Shown piece by piece: positions 52,130 through 64,000 of a stretch of DNA of 64,000 nt (positions are counted from its first letter, which is position 1; every line of letters starts with the position of its first letter). The stretch lies in NCBI RefSeq assembly GCF_902652985.1, contig NC_047030.1, forward strand, positions 11,780,001 to 11,844,000, read 5' to 3'. The notes beneath the pieces are model-generated. The model saw only the letters and a list, made by a program, of their open reading frames with translations. It did not search any database and was not told where the DNA came from. The stretch comes from Pecten maximus (lineage: Eukaryota). The position numbers and the translations under genes are program-made.

Positions 52130-54152
52130 TTATCAGCTTAAGACTTTTCAGGTAGTCATTCCCGAAGGACAGGTGAGCGTATGATGTGGGCGGCGTCTGT
52201 CGTCTGTAATGTCCGTCTGGACGTCATCTCTACCAAGATGTCAAGGTAAGTGTATTTTGCTCCTGTGAATGGCTGCCAAGTTTGCTCAAATGACTGACCT
52301 TGACCTACTTTCAAGGTTACATGGGTAACATGTAAACGAATTTAATGACTTCTTCTCTCTGTTTTGTTAAACTCATGCAAAGGTCACAGGTGTCAAAAAT
52401 GTTAGACTCTTTAGAACAAGTCAAAATCGTCTGAATGACATTTAGAACAAGAGCCACATTTGAGCTTACACACATTCAAGATCACCGAGTGAAAACAAAA
52501 TATGAATAACCAAGATATCAAGGATATTAAAATAAATGACATTGACCTTTCTTCAAGGTCACAGGTGTCAAATATGTTAAAATCTTTAAGCAACGTCTTC
52601 TCATTCATGGGAAGTATGGTCATGGTATTAGGCCAAAAGCATGTTGGGATGAAGGGCTACTACACTTGTTCAAATGAATGACTTTGACCTGCTTTCAAGG
52701 TCACAGGGGTCAACTAAGATCAAATCTTAAAACAACTTCTCTTTAACCAAGAGGTGACTTTGGGCCAGTAGTATGCTGAAATGATTTTTTTCCCTTCAAA
52801 TGACCTTGACCTACTTTCATTATTGCTAGGGGTCAAATGTGTTAGAATATTAAATATTAAAAAAAATTCTATTAACCAAGAAAACTAGGGTCATTGTTAA
52901 GGGTATGTATGTGCTTGAATGAAGGGCTATCAATTGCAAGTTTAGTTAAATGACTGACCTTAAACTTCTTTCAAGGCCACAGCGGTCATATCTAAAAAAA
53001 TCTTAAAACAGCTACTTCACATTATGTAACCAAGAGTCCAGGGGACATAGCATTGGATCAGCAGCATGACTACAAAGTTTGTTCAAATGAGTGACCTTGA
53101 TCTACTTTCACAGTTCCAAGGGGTCAAATGTGTTACAATCTTTAACAAGGGCCCGTTGGAGGGCCACAACATACGCCCACCGCAATATTTGACACTTGGA
53201 AGGGGGTAGTTTCACAGGTTGTAATGCTTTAAAATGAAGTATCATTGTTGGAAAGTTGGAAGGAGATATTGATACACATAATGGTGTGTAGTTGAAACCG
53301 AAGGGCAACTTTAAATGATGAGATGTATATATGTTGCAAATATGGGAGACCTTGGTTTAGACACAACACAAAAATTAGTTCACATGTTTATATACAGAAT
53401 ATACAGAGCCTGGGTCGGGTAGTATTGAAGTTATGGTCCGGATAAGTAAAATCATCAAAGGGCAATAACTCCGCTAATAAGGGGGTAAGGGGCATAATTT
53501 TGGTATGTGACACTCCGGCTCATCAAGATGTATATTTGTGTCAAGTATGGAAAGCCTGGGTCGGGTAGTATTGGAGTTATGGTCCGGACAAATAAAATCA
53601 TCAAAGGGGGATAACTCCGCAAATACGGGGGTAAGGGGCATGATTTTGGTATGCGACACTCCGGCTCATCAATATGTATATTTGTGTCAAGTATGGAGAG
53701 CCTGGGTTGAGTAGTATTGGAGTTATGGTCTGGACACCATATGTGCCCGCCTGCCAACATGATAACATAATACGTCCCGTCTTTTGTCGGGCGTATAAAA
53801 AGCTTCTTCTCAGTAATGAATGAGCCGAGTGTCATGACTGGATTATTAATGCTGGGATGAAGGACTGCCAGGATTGTTCAAATGACTGACCTTGACCGAC
53901 AAAAAAGGACTTAAAAATTATCCAAGGTTTAAAGTGTTTGATGTTAATTTTTCCTGAATGTTCAAAAGAGCTAGGGTGCTAGGATCATGATGTTGGGCCA
54001 GTAGCATGCTGGGATGAAGAAAAGGCTACAAAACTGGTTTCAATGTTAACTGAGTGAAGAGGTTATCAGCTTAACATCATTAAGAAATACCTAAATCAAT
54101 TCTAAAGTTGCATTTGTAGCAGGTGAGTGATACATGTCCATTGGGCCTCTTG
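52130..54152 (+). mobile_element. Helentron/HINE-type element with ~140-bp internal tandem units, interrupted by a nested element
   Basis: 5' CAGGTGAGC..GGCGTCTGTCGTCTG..GTCCGTC, repeated AAATGACTGACCTTGACCTACTTTCAAGGTCACAGGGGTCAA, 3' CAGGTGAGTGATACATGTCCATTGGGCCTCTTGT. Confidence 0.7.
53144..53800 (-). mobile_element. Nested HINE-type element in opposite orientation, with ~146-bp internal repeats
   Basis: AACAAGGGCCCGTTGGAGGGCC hairpin at one end and TACGTCCCGTCTTTTGTCGGGCGTATAAAA at the other; host unit resumes on both sides; internal repeats explain ORFs 53455-53835. Confidence 0.65.
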
Positions 54153-54729
54153 TGTCATGTAGCTTCATAGATCTTACAATTCATGCTCCAAATAAATTTC
54201 AACTTTCAGAAAAGTAAAGCTCTTCTTTCTGACCACCTGATGCTAACTTTCTGTCAAACTGAAGGTGGTGATCCTTCATATTGATTTTACTACATTTGCC
54301 AAGAAGTGATATAACTAATACAAAGTAATATTTTTTAAACTGTTTTTATTTTTCATTATCTTTTTTCTTATTCCAGATGTTCTTCAAACTTCCTTTTACT
54401 TTTACTTTTCGTTGTCCGTTACATATTGAAGTATGTTCACCTTGAATTGTTAAAACACATTATCAAGTATAACACAGGAATGTCATTATTTTTCACAGCA
54501 TGTGCTTGAAGATGCCAAAAAATCTTGCCACATAACCAATAAAAAATAATCCTGTCAGCAAGAATTATGTTCATGGTCACAATGTTTGTATAAGATCGCC
54601 TGAACATTTTCTAAAACCAATGTCATTTGTGTATGACATCATAAAAACATTTTTTTGCCTATCACTGGATATTGACAGAATAAATAAACCCAATGATAAA
54701 GCAAGTTACAAACAAAATTAAACATCGTA

Positions 54730-54842
54730 AATCTGTTAAAAATCATATCTTGATCTGAACTCCCGTTCTGTAAACTACACTCCGCTACGTCTTTTAGTTT
54801 AGGGAATATTAGTGCAGATCAAGATATGATTTTAAACAGATT
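54730..54842. mobile_element. 113-bp MITE with ~31-bp TIRs
   Basis: AATCTGTTAAAAATCATATCTTGATCTGAACT ... AGTGCAGATCAAGATATGATTTTAAACAGATT; GTA on both flanks. Confidence 0.7.
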
Positions 54843-55913
54843 GTAATATCATGTACTTTCAACCAAGATCTCTCTCCTTATCTTCTCTATCTCTCCTCCT
54901 GTTCTCTCTCTCTCTCCCTCCTGTTCTCTTTCTTGTAGCAAAATTTATAAACTCACCCGAAAAAAAAGAAAACCTTGAATCTTCACACCTACATTATCCT
55001 GTTGTTTAATCTCAGCACCTATTAAACTTACTTAGACATATACAATTAATCAATGATTCATTCTCTATCCAGCATGTTACTTTTTATTCCTAGAATATGG
55101 TACTTAGTGAAGGAACAATTAAATCTGGCACAGTAGATTCATATTTTACATGTGGATGGCAACAAACATGTTCAAACATTACAGTTAAGTTTTGATGCCC
55201 TCTATCAGATGTTACTGATAATTTGAAAGTTTTTCAAAATTCTGGATGACAATGAGTCTTCATCTCGTGTTACTGTAGGCATCAAGCTCCAGAGGTCAAT
55301 AAGCCTCCCTGGAAGTGTTACTGCTGAAGACCAAAGGTCAAAGGCCAGAGGTCAATCAGGGCTCTCAGATGTTACAGCATCTTCAAAGTCCAATGGCTTC
55401 ACCCTCGATACATTATCTTCTCTGTACTTAATTGGGCAGTGTAGTAGCAACACACTCACATTTCACTTGACCGATTTGACCGACAGGTTTTATCTGTCGT
55501 CCTACGTGGGTCATTCCTGTTTCCTCTCAGTCAGATCCCTAATGCACTTCCATTTGGACCAACTACAGTGTTTGTTTTGCAACCATTGTTGTAAAAAAAA
55601 GTTTGTATAAGTATCTTCACAGCACTCTTCACATACCTATGTCATCACAAAATCAAAGGAAACTAAGATCTGACAAATCACAGGGTTACCATCTATCTGG
55701 TGAAGATTACAAAGGTGTTATAAATAAAAGCCAATCAACTTTATGCTATCTCACAATACCTATTATTATCTTATTATTACCCATTTTGTCGGGAGATATT
55801 CCAAGAATGCAGAAAAGATATGTATAATTGAGAGCGAATCACTTGGATTTTAAGACGTGTAGACAGTAGATGTTGAAGACGACAATGAGCCACTAGCCTG
55901 CTACATATAGAGA

Positions 55914-58900
55914 TCATATATTACTGATGCCCAGTCTCTCACTTTGTTCTATCGCCTGCTGGAGATTAGTGTCAAATAGGTCACATCTGGAAATAGAAAA
56001 AAAGACAATAATCTGAGGACATATTTTATTTCACATACATGATAGATCATCCAAACTTGACTTTAATTTGTGGGGAGATTTTCTTTGATTTCTTTTGATA
56101 CATATTTATACAGTGGGAAATATTCAGGTAAGGGTTGTAAATACAGTCTCCAATGTCATCCTAAAGATAATTGTGACAGACACACTGAGGCAAGGACGAG
56201 TAGTTACCTGATAGGCATGTCCAGTGAGTAGAATGGATTCTTGAGAGCGAAGTCAGAGTAGACTTCATACAGCTTCTTGAGTAGCACGTCGACAGCCATC
56301 TGTCGCGGGTCAGCCAGGATGATAAACTTTATACCTGATGGTGATATAATAAATCTGATATCATCATGATGAAAGTTTTTCCACTGAATATTGATATACA
56401 AGTAAGCCTGACTTACTCGAACCCGCATTACTTGAATATCCCCAGTTTATCAAGCTGCTCAATTGGTCTGATCTTATGTATTCTTTGTAAATCAACTTCA
56501 GATAACTCAAACCACTATTCGTCGAATAACCGACATTACTCAACCTAATATTTATCCCCTTCATTCATATTCATAGTATCAATCCTACTTATTCATCGAA
56601 CAGGTGTCACACTTAACAACGTTTACCTGTGTCATAATGGCTACGTCGGACCTCAGGGTACCACGCTTAATCTCACTCTCAACGACGATTACCTGTGTCA
56701 TAATGGCTACGTCGGACCTCAGGGTACAGCACCGCACTTTATCTCACACTCAACAACGTTTACCTATATCATACATGGCTTCGTCAGCCCTTGGGGTACC
56801 ACACTCGATCTCGCACATGTTTATATGATTAATATGGGTGTATTATCAAACAAAGTACACATTTATACAAGTTCATTACCCAGACTTTGATAGCCCTTGA
56901 TAACATGTCAATAAACATACCTGTCATGGTCTGGAAACAATGAAGTTTGAATGTGTCTGTCTCCAGGACCTCAATACCGGAACTCCTTGGCTCTGGAGAC
57001 AGCTGGGATCCGATAGCAAACAGTCTATAAATAGTATGGATCATTTACTTATATAACTTTTATTAGATATACAAACAGGGTATATGTATATATGCTTTGT
57101 TTCTTTCTTTGTTTGCTGGGTTTATCGCCAAGTGAACAGCCAGGGTCCTTTTAGTCTCCTTGTAGTAGTTGATGACCACCTCAACATATGGGAGGCCTGT
57201 CACATTCCATCCAGAGAAAAGTGTCTTCCCAAGGACACCATAACCACAACAGCACAGACTGGCCCGTTTCTTAGCTTCCCGAGAAAACAAACCAACACTG
57301 GTAGGGAGCGAGGAACCACGCACATTTATACTTTATACAACAGATACACCGTCTATGACAAAACTAGAATACTATGTATATGTATTACCAGGCACAACAA
57401 CCTACATATATAATACAGTATAATGAGTATATATCATAGAAACAATGCCTATCACAAATAAGTCCAGATATATACAATAGTTTCATTTGTAAGTTTAAAC
57501 AGGCTAAGGAACAAATGAAGACTTCAGTCAGTTCAGGGATAATTCACGATGTGCTGTCATTTAACAAATGAAGACTTTATTCAGTTCAGGGATAATTCAG
57601 GATATACTGAGTTTAAACAATGAAGACTTTAGTCAGCTTAGTGATAATTCACAATATACTTGGAAAAAATAAAGACTTCATTCTTTTCAGGGATAATTCA
57701 CGATATACTGACTTGGAACAAATAAAGACTTCATTTGTTTCAGGGATAATTTCAGTGTACAAATACCATGTAAAGACTTATTTTGGTTCAGGGACATTTC
57801 CACTATCGACAGTATTTAGAGTATTACACTGTATAACAGATACTTACGAGTGAAACATACTGGCCAACATAATTCTCTCATTTGTTGTTAGCTTTGTACG
57901 TCCGAACTTGAGGCTGATTGGGTAATTTTCTTCATCAGCGATAATATCCATAATGTCTCTACCATCACTCTTCAAAAACCGACCCTCAGCTGGGACGCCA
58001 TTTACCGATAATAAGGTATGACCAACTGTAAATGAACATTCATAATTCATTTTGAAATATCTCCAATATAATCTCCAATATATAACCTTCAAATTTGTTG
58101 AAGTGTGTGTATAGGTTTTCTTATAGATCAAGCTGGTGGGAATTTCCCTATGGGAGTACAGAGTATTCCTGAATAGAAAGTGATCAATATGCATGACTTC
58201 TACCTATCATCAGTACCGGTGTTCTCCTATAATTTATAAGAGGCTGTTGGCTGGTCAATTTATTATTGGATGTTTATATTTTATATTATGTTGGCTGTGA
58301 CACAGGTATCTCTCAAAAGTATATTGCTGTATAAACCTTACATTGTTGGTGTGTGGCTTCCTGTGTAGGTAGCCTGGAATCAAACCTGTGACCACCAGCA
58401 TGTCAGCTTGCTGATAACACATCAAGCTAAAGGGAAATTCCTTCTAGTGCAAAGCAACATAAACAACATAATCTTAAACTTGTTTACGAAAAATTATTAA
58501 AATGTAGAAATTATATGTAGAAGGAATTGTTTATTTGCTGGGTTTATTGCCCCATGAACAGCCAGGGTCATATTCAGACTAGGTCTCCTTGCAGTAGCTG
58601 GTGGCTACCACACTGAAGACAATAAAGGAGACATTAAAAAAAATTGTGGATTTGAACAATATCTATGAAGCTCATTTTTGTTTGGCCAAATCACATGCCA
58701 TCCATAGTAATTAGGGTAAAGGGTCTTGGCCAAAGACAGCAAAGACAAAGACTGGTCTGTTTCTCAGCTTCCTGAGAAACAAACTGCCATTAGTTGGGGG
58801 CATATCGAACCACGCCAAACGGATCTCCACCTGAGGTTTAATAGGCCAACACTCTACAGATTGAGCTATGGTGACTCCTCAAGCTAAGAGGTGGTATACC

Positions 58901-59632
58901 AATAAACATTTTACAACCTACGTACTACTCTACATTCTACATTTTCAAATGTGTGGCAGCCCCAAACATCATATTATACCTATGGCCCTAGTCATGGATG
59001 TTCTCAAATAGACCACACATCTGGTGTCTAGCTTTTTGTTAGAATGTCAAAGTCTGGTGTTAGGACCACACCAGGAAATTTACTCAAAAGCGAGTTGTGT
59101 GCCTCCAACATGGATCGACCATACAGCATCTGTGCCACTCTATCAATCAAGCTAAGGATACGTCCCTTATATCATGAAACTAGGAAGTGTTGTACAGCTA
59201 ACGCTTTACAATTAAAACATAATCAATAATTGTTTGTGATGGGAAACACACACAAAAACAACTGATCATGATGGCATCTCATTTTAGCCTCTATTTTCCT
59301 TATAGCTAAATATCAATAACATCTCAGACGTGATTACTGTAAATATGTGATCATGTATATAATGATACATAATGCTGTGAAACTCCCATGCATCCATATT
59401 GTTGAAGGATGCTAATTTGAAGAACCTCAACTGCTGTAACCAAATCGGCACGCCCACCTTTGATTCCATCCCTTTCTCCGAACGCCACAACAAGTTTCTC
59501 GTCATGGACTTTTAGTACCAGTTCGAGAGGGTAGCTAAACGTCTTCTCCACCTCGGGTCTAGCACCGGAATGATCATACTGGTATATTAACCCTCCGGCT
59601 TTGTTAATGATGTAAACACTGTAGATCGCCAT
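55914..59632 (-). CDS. TRAPPC4: Trafficking protein particle complex subunit 4 (Trs23/synbindin), 5 exons, 218 aa
   Basis: Exons 59632-59458, 58025-57848, 57024-56921, 56334-56208, 55986-55914; GT-AG, in frame (657 nt). [87 protein letters not shown] are diagnostic. Confidence 0.96.
57105..57325 (-). mobile_element. SINE-like interspersed repeat (copy 1)
   Basis: TTTGCTGGGTTTATCGCC..TGAACAGCCAGGGTC..GTCTCCTTGTAGTAG; homologous to 58530-58880. Confidence 0.6.
57513..57800. repeat. ~48-bp degenerate tandem repeat
   Basis: AATGAAGACTTCA.TCAGTTCAGGGATAATTCACGATAT units, ~6 copies. Confidence 0.8.
58530..58880 (-). mobile_element. SINE-like interspersed repeat (copy 2, with tRNA-like head)
   Basis: Homologous to 57105-57325; minus strand begins ATAGCTCAATCTGTAGAGTGTTGG (A-box-like) and contains GGTTCGA. 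Confidence 0.6.
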
Positions 59633-59931
59633 CACTCCATTCTTGGCAGTAGGGGAGCTAACTCAAAGCAGAAGTAGAACTCTTTAGGGTTAGAAGATAC
59701 GAAAACCCAACTATGTTTACCTTAGCAATGTTGGAAAGAAACATGGTAATGTGCACGTTTTTGTTTGTTTTAAGGAGAAAATAAGTATCGTGGGTGCATG
59801 TAAATTGTTGTTTGGATATACATTTTTATTTTAAGTTAGATGAGCTGACCAAATGTGTTAACGTCAAGAGGAGGGTGTATACATGTGGACTCCATGTGGT
59901 TCCTGACTGTACTGTAGAAACCTAGAATCTA

Positions 59932-61295
59932 CAGAGACCGGACAGAAGTATTCAGACAAAATGACGTTGCGTTATAACGTGCGGTATAGTGTTGCCTAAA
60001 TTAAAACCGCCATATCTGAAAAACCTGTTTGTTTTACTTACTTAATATTTGGTAATATTGCCCTTTGCTTTCCTGACTTCCTTCAGACGGTCTGGGATTG
60101 TGTTATATAAACTCTGGATGTATTCCGTGTCCAACGATCGCCACACATCCGTGATAGCCTCGTACAGTTGGTTTTTATTGTTGATGTTGTGTACCATCGA
60201 TTTAAGTTTTATTTTAATCTTCAGCCACACATTTTCAATTATATTTAAATCTGGGCTCTGTGGAGGCCATTCTAATGTTGAAATATTGTTGTTTTCAAAA
60301 TATTCCGACACCACACGGGCCTTGTGAACGGGGGCATTGTCTTGTTGAAACACATACCTGTCATTTGCAAAGTGTCTGGCAATTACCGGCCAGAGATTAT
60401 CTTCTAAAATTTGGATATATTTTACAGCATTAATAGTACCGTCAACACAACATATGGTTCCAACTCCATTGTAAGTAATGCACCCCCAAATCATCACCGA
60501 AAGTTTCCTTTGTGACCTGGGACAGACACAATCCGGGCGGTACCCCTCGTCCTTTTTTCGCCATACAAAAATCCTGTTGTCATTACCAACAACAATCTGG
60601 CTCTCATCGGAAAATATAACACCTTTCCAATAATTATCCACTGTCAAATTTCTTTTTTCGTAACAAAAGATACTCTTTTCCTCAGGTTAACCTCTCGAAC
60701 GACCATAGTTTTCTTTGTAATTCGTCTAGCGTAGCCCTCAGACTTTAAAAACCTGTCAATAGTTTTGGAACTAACCGGAGCATCATTTACAATGGTCCTA
60801 GAATTATTTACTTTGCTGGTTATTTCGGCTAAAGAATTTCTTCTGTTTTTCCGGACACAAAGAATAACGCGACGCTTCTCACGTTCGTCCAGAAATGGCG
60901 TCCTTCCGCATCGAGGGTTATTAACAACTGTTCCACGGGTTACATAACGTTTCCAAACATCTGAAATGGTAGATTTCGAGACACTTAAAACATCCGCAAC
61001 CACTGATTGCTTGGTTCCTGCCTTAATCAATTTGATGATAGCTTCCTTTTCACCAACCGTCAGTTCAACACTTCGCCGACCCATCTTTCTTTAGCAGACT
61101 GTCAGAAAACATCAGCAGATGTCACGTACGTTTAGTGACGTAGATGACGTCAACAGTGACGTCACCTTCCCGCTGGTGTACGGTAATAAGCGAACAAGTA
61201 ACCTATTAAGATTTTATCCGGTTTTTTGTGCGCCTCACGGTAGTCGACGGCGCTTAAGATTAGCCATTTGTCCGAATACTTCTGTCCGATCTCTG
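59932..61295 (-). mobile_element. Full-length Tc1/mariner (DD34E) transposon, 1364 bp
   Basis: 29-bp TIRs CAGAGA(C/T)CGGACAGAAGTATTC(A/G)GACAAA (27/29); TA at 59930-31 and 61296-97. Confidence 0.95.
60042..61084 (-). pseudogene. Tc1 transposase split by a single frameshift (HTH ORF 61084-60644 plus DDE ORF 60647-60042)
   Basis: N-part MGRR..HTH..PRCGRTP; C-part VIFSDES, QQDNAPVH, WPPQSPDLNIIENVW with 34 residues between the second D and the E; one extra base near 60653-60668 would fuse them. Confidence 0.9.
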
Positions 61296-61512
61296 TAGTA
61301 GGACTATGTCAATGCATGTTGTTTTACGCAAGTGACAGATCACAAATTGAGGAATCACTAAGATTATTCCAAAATAGTAACTGGTGATTCACTTTTAATA
61401 ATCCTCAATGCTCAAGAATATAGGCTTATGCCTGTCTGTCTGTGCTAATTGTAATATACACGCACATGTAGGCCTATGCTGAAGAAGAGCATTATATGAC
61501 TGTTACATATTT

Positions 61513-62886
61513 GCAGATGTTTTGTATGTGGGGGCCCCAATTAAGATTTTGTTGGATGGTAACTCCCAAGTACTTAGCTTTATCCACATGTTCTAGACAA
61601 TGGCCATGGAGATAGTACTCATGTTGCACTGGGTTTCTACGTTGGGTAACGGAGAGGACATTACATTTTTTAGGATGGAATGCCATTTTCCACTTAGATT
61701 CCCAGGCTGCCAGTTTGTCTAGGTCAGACTGCAATGTTTGTGCATCCCTGTCTGAGGAGACAGTGATATAAACAATAGTGTCGTCAGCGAAAAGTCTGAT
61801 AGAGGAGGATAAACCTTGGGGCATGTCGTTTATATAAAATAGAAACAGGACCGACCCCTGGGGTACCCCTGACTCTACTGGTACAAGTGAAGAATGTTCG
61901 CCTTCGAGGACTACTGACTGGCGTCTGTTTTCTAGAAAATTTCCAATCCAGCGGTGTGTATTACCCACAATACCATACTGTTTCAATTTGTGAGATAGGA
62001 GCTTGTGGCTGACTTTGTCGAATGCTTTCGAGAAATCAAGGATGAGGGCGTCGGTACATTTATTTTTGTCAATATTTTTTGTAATGTCTTCCACAAACTC
62101 TAGGAGTTGGGTTTCACAAGATCGAAATTGCCGAAAACCATGTTGGAAAGGGTATAAGATATTATGTTGGTCTGCGTGAGACATTATGCTGCTGACAATA
62201 ATGTGCTCAAGGAGTTTGCTGCAAATACATGTTAGAGAAATAGGTCTATAATTTTCTGCATCATACTTTGAACCTTTTTTATATATAGGAGAAACATGTG
62301 CTGTACGCCAGTCAAGAGGGACTACGCCAGTATTTAGAGACTGTTGGAAAATGTGTGCCAGTATTGGAGCTATTTCTGTTGCAAGTTCTTTCAAAAATTT
62401 TGGTTTGATACCGTCTGGGCCTGGGGCCTTTGCGGGTTTAAGGTTTAGGAGGAGTTTCTTTACACCCTCTACAGTGATGGTGATGTCTTCAATGGGTGGA
62501 AATGTTGGAAGGCCCAGGTTATATTTTTGTGTGAGCTGTGCATCTGAGAAGTGTTCTGATGGTGTAAACACAGACTGAAATTGTTTATTTAAGATGTCTG
62601 CCTTTGTTGAGGGATCAGTTATTAGTTTCCCATCACTTTTTAAAGAGGGGACACCTGAATAGTTTGCTTTTTTGTGTTTAATGTATGTCCAGAAGCGTTT
62701 CATTGGTGAGTAGTCGTTTTCGCCAGAAGAAGAAATAGGGGGGGAGACAACATCTTCAATATATTTCCAATATGACTGCCTAATGAGTTTTTGTGTGTTG
62801 CTCTTTAGTAATTTGTATTTGTCTCTATCTTCTGTGCGTCCTGATTTTTTCATTTTTTTGTAAAGTCTAAATTTGGTGCTGATCAG
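61513..62886 (-). mobile_element. Non-LTR retrotransposon (CR1/L2/jockey-type) ORF2 fragment: RT domain, truncated at both ends
   Basis: KAPGPDGI, NYRPISLT, QHGFRQFRSCETQL, DFSKAFDKV, GVPQGSVL, LFADD, KYLGV. No endonuclease domain, C-terminus or tail; the usual GPxL after GVPQGSVL is missing. Confidence 0.92.
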
Positions 62887-63273
62887 GCACGTTTTTGTTT
62901 GTTTTAAGGAGAAAATAAGTATCGTGGGTGCATGTAAATTGTTATTTGGATATACATTTTTATTTTAAGTTAGATGAGCTGACCAAATGTGTTAAGGTCA
63001 AGAGGAGGGTGCATACATGTGCACTCCATGTGGTTTCTGAATGTACTGTAGAAACCTAGTAGGCCTACATTCATGTATGTCAATGCATGTTGTTTTACGC
63101 AAGTGACAGATCACAAATTGAGGAATCACTAAGATTATTCCAAAATAGTAACTGGTGATTCACTTTTAATAATCCTCAATGCTCTAGAATATAGGCTTAT
63201 GCCTGTCTGTCTGTGCTAATTGTAATATAGGCCTATGCTGAAGAAGGGCATTATATGACTGTTACATATTTAC

Positions 63274-63330
63274 GTAAATACAATATCCTCGAAATGTACT
63301 GTACACAGATATCGAGGATATTATATTTAC
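63274..63330. repeat. 57-bp inverted-repeat hairpin
   Basis: GTAAATACAATATCCTCGA ... TCGAGGATATTATATTTAC (18/19-bp stem). Confidence 0.75.
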
Positions 63331-64000
63331 TTTGATTGTTAATGTCCAGATACAAGTGCCTATGTTTGCACCACATATTGATATACATATAGTAAGCAGG
63401 AATCTTGAACCATATTATTTATATGTTGTCCAACTTATCCTGCTAAAATGTAACAGAGTGCATGATAAATTAAATTTATTTCAATGTCAATGCTACTGAT
63501 CAAATCTTGGACCTCTTGCAGACTAGTGTTATTCTCAATTGATCAAGCTAAAGAGAAGTTCTCTCTAGCCGAGCGATATATTGCGGCTAGAATTTACCAG
63601 GGTTACAAAAATACTATTCAATTCCTGCTAACTCAGCTTTGACAGAAAGATTTCTCTTAAGCTCATTAAGAAGAGCCTTGGTCTAGTAATCCAGATTGAG
63701 ATCCCAGGTTTGGAGGCAAGTAATGATCCCTGTATCCTTAGGTTGTGTCAAAAGTCATTTAAATGAAAGCTTGATCAGGTTAGAACAGAGGAAGGAATGT
63801 CTATTTTTGAGGTCATGTTAATGTGTTCTATAAGTGGTGCTTTTCAACAGAGAAATGCCTTTTTTTCTTTCTTTAATCCGATCATATTTATTTTATGCTG
63901 GTACACATACATAATACAAGAAAAATGTAACATATTGACTCATTTATAAATGAATTAATTTTTTTTTCATAGGTTTGATATACTATGGAGAGAATGAAAA

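Larger units (their letters stand above)
59753..63271. repeat. ~385-bp direct duplication: copy 1 at 59753-61512 (interrupted by Tc1), copy 2 at 62887-63271
   Basis: Both start GCACGTTTTTGTTTGTTTTAAGGAGAAAATAAGTATCG and end GCATTATATGACTGTTACATATTT; a few substitutions and small indels. Confidence 0.93.

Noticed and set aside
59684-59693. Telomerase RNA template (CTAACCCTAA on -), prompted by LRRC34 lying near TERC in human
   Set aside because: Only a 10-nt match in a promoter region, with no recognisable pseudoknot or H/ACA domain; cannot be supported.
59740-59752. RPS25 ATG-only first exon (RPS25 is head-to-head with TRAPPC4 in human)
   Set aside because: No RPS25-like second exon in the window, and the next acceptor gives GTT TGA in phase 0.
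59753-63271. LTR or Penelope retrotransposon
   Set aside because: Repeats lack TG...CA ends, PBS and PPT; the RT is non-LTR type; no gag, integrase, RNase H or GIY-YIG domain.

Overview
Eukaryotic, AT-rich, intron-rich animal DNA. The repeat landscape (Helentron/HINE-type elements, tRNA-derived SINEs, many intronic minisatellites) suggests a bivalve mollusc, but that is inference. Manual GT-AG splicing recovers: an unnamed first coding exon (-, 10311-10878); LRRC34 (+, 9 exons, 425 aa); a C8orf33/UPF0488 homolog (-, first exon not found); a 17-exon DUF885-family putative metallopeptidase (+, 612 aa); and TRAPPC4 (-, 5 exons, 218 aa). The standout mobile element is a 3,986-bp piggyBac with TTAA target duplication, TIRs and an apparently intact 585-aa transposase split by two spliceosomal introns. 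Also present: a full-length DD34E Tc1 element broken by one frameshift next to a GA6 run; a doubly truncated LINE RT fragment between two copies of a ~385-bp duplication, one carrying the Tc1 and one empty; non-autonomous TIR elements with 5-, 6-, 7- and ~9-bp target duplications, some only 26-63 bp long; and tandem repeats that have copied real splice sites of the DUF885 gene. Most long ORFs in the supplied track are minisatellite artefacts. No CRISPR array, rRNA or functional tRNA is supported. All coordinates were counted by hand.
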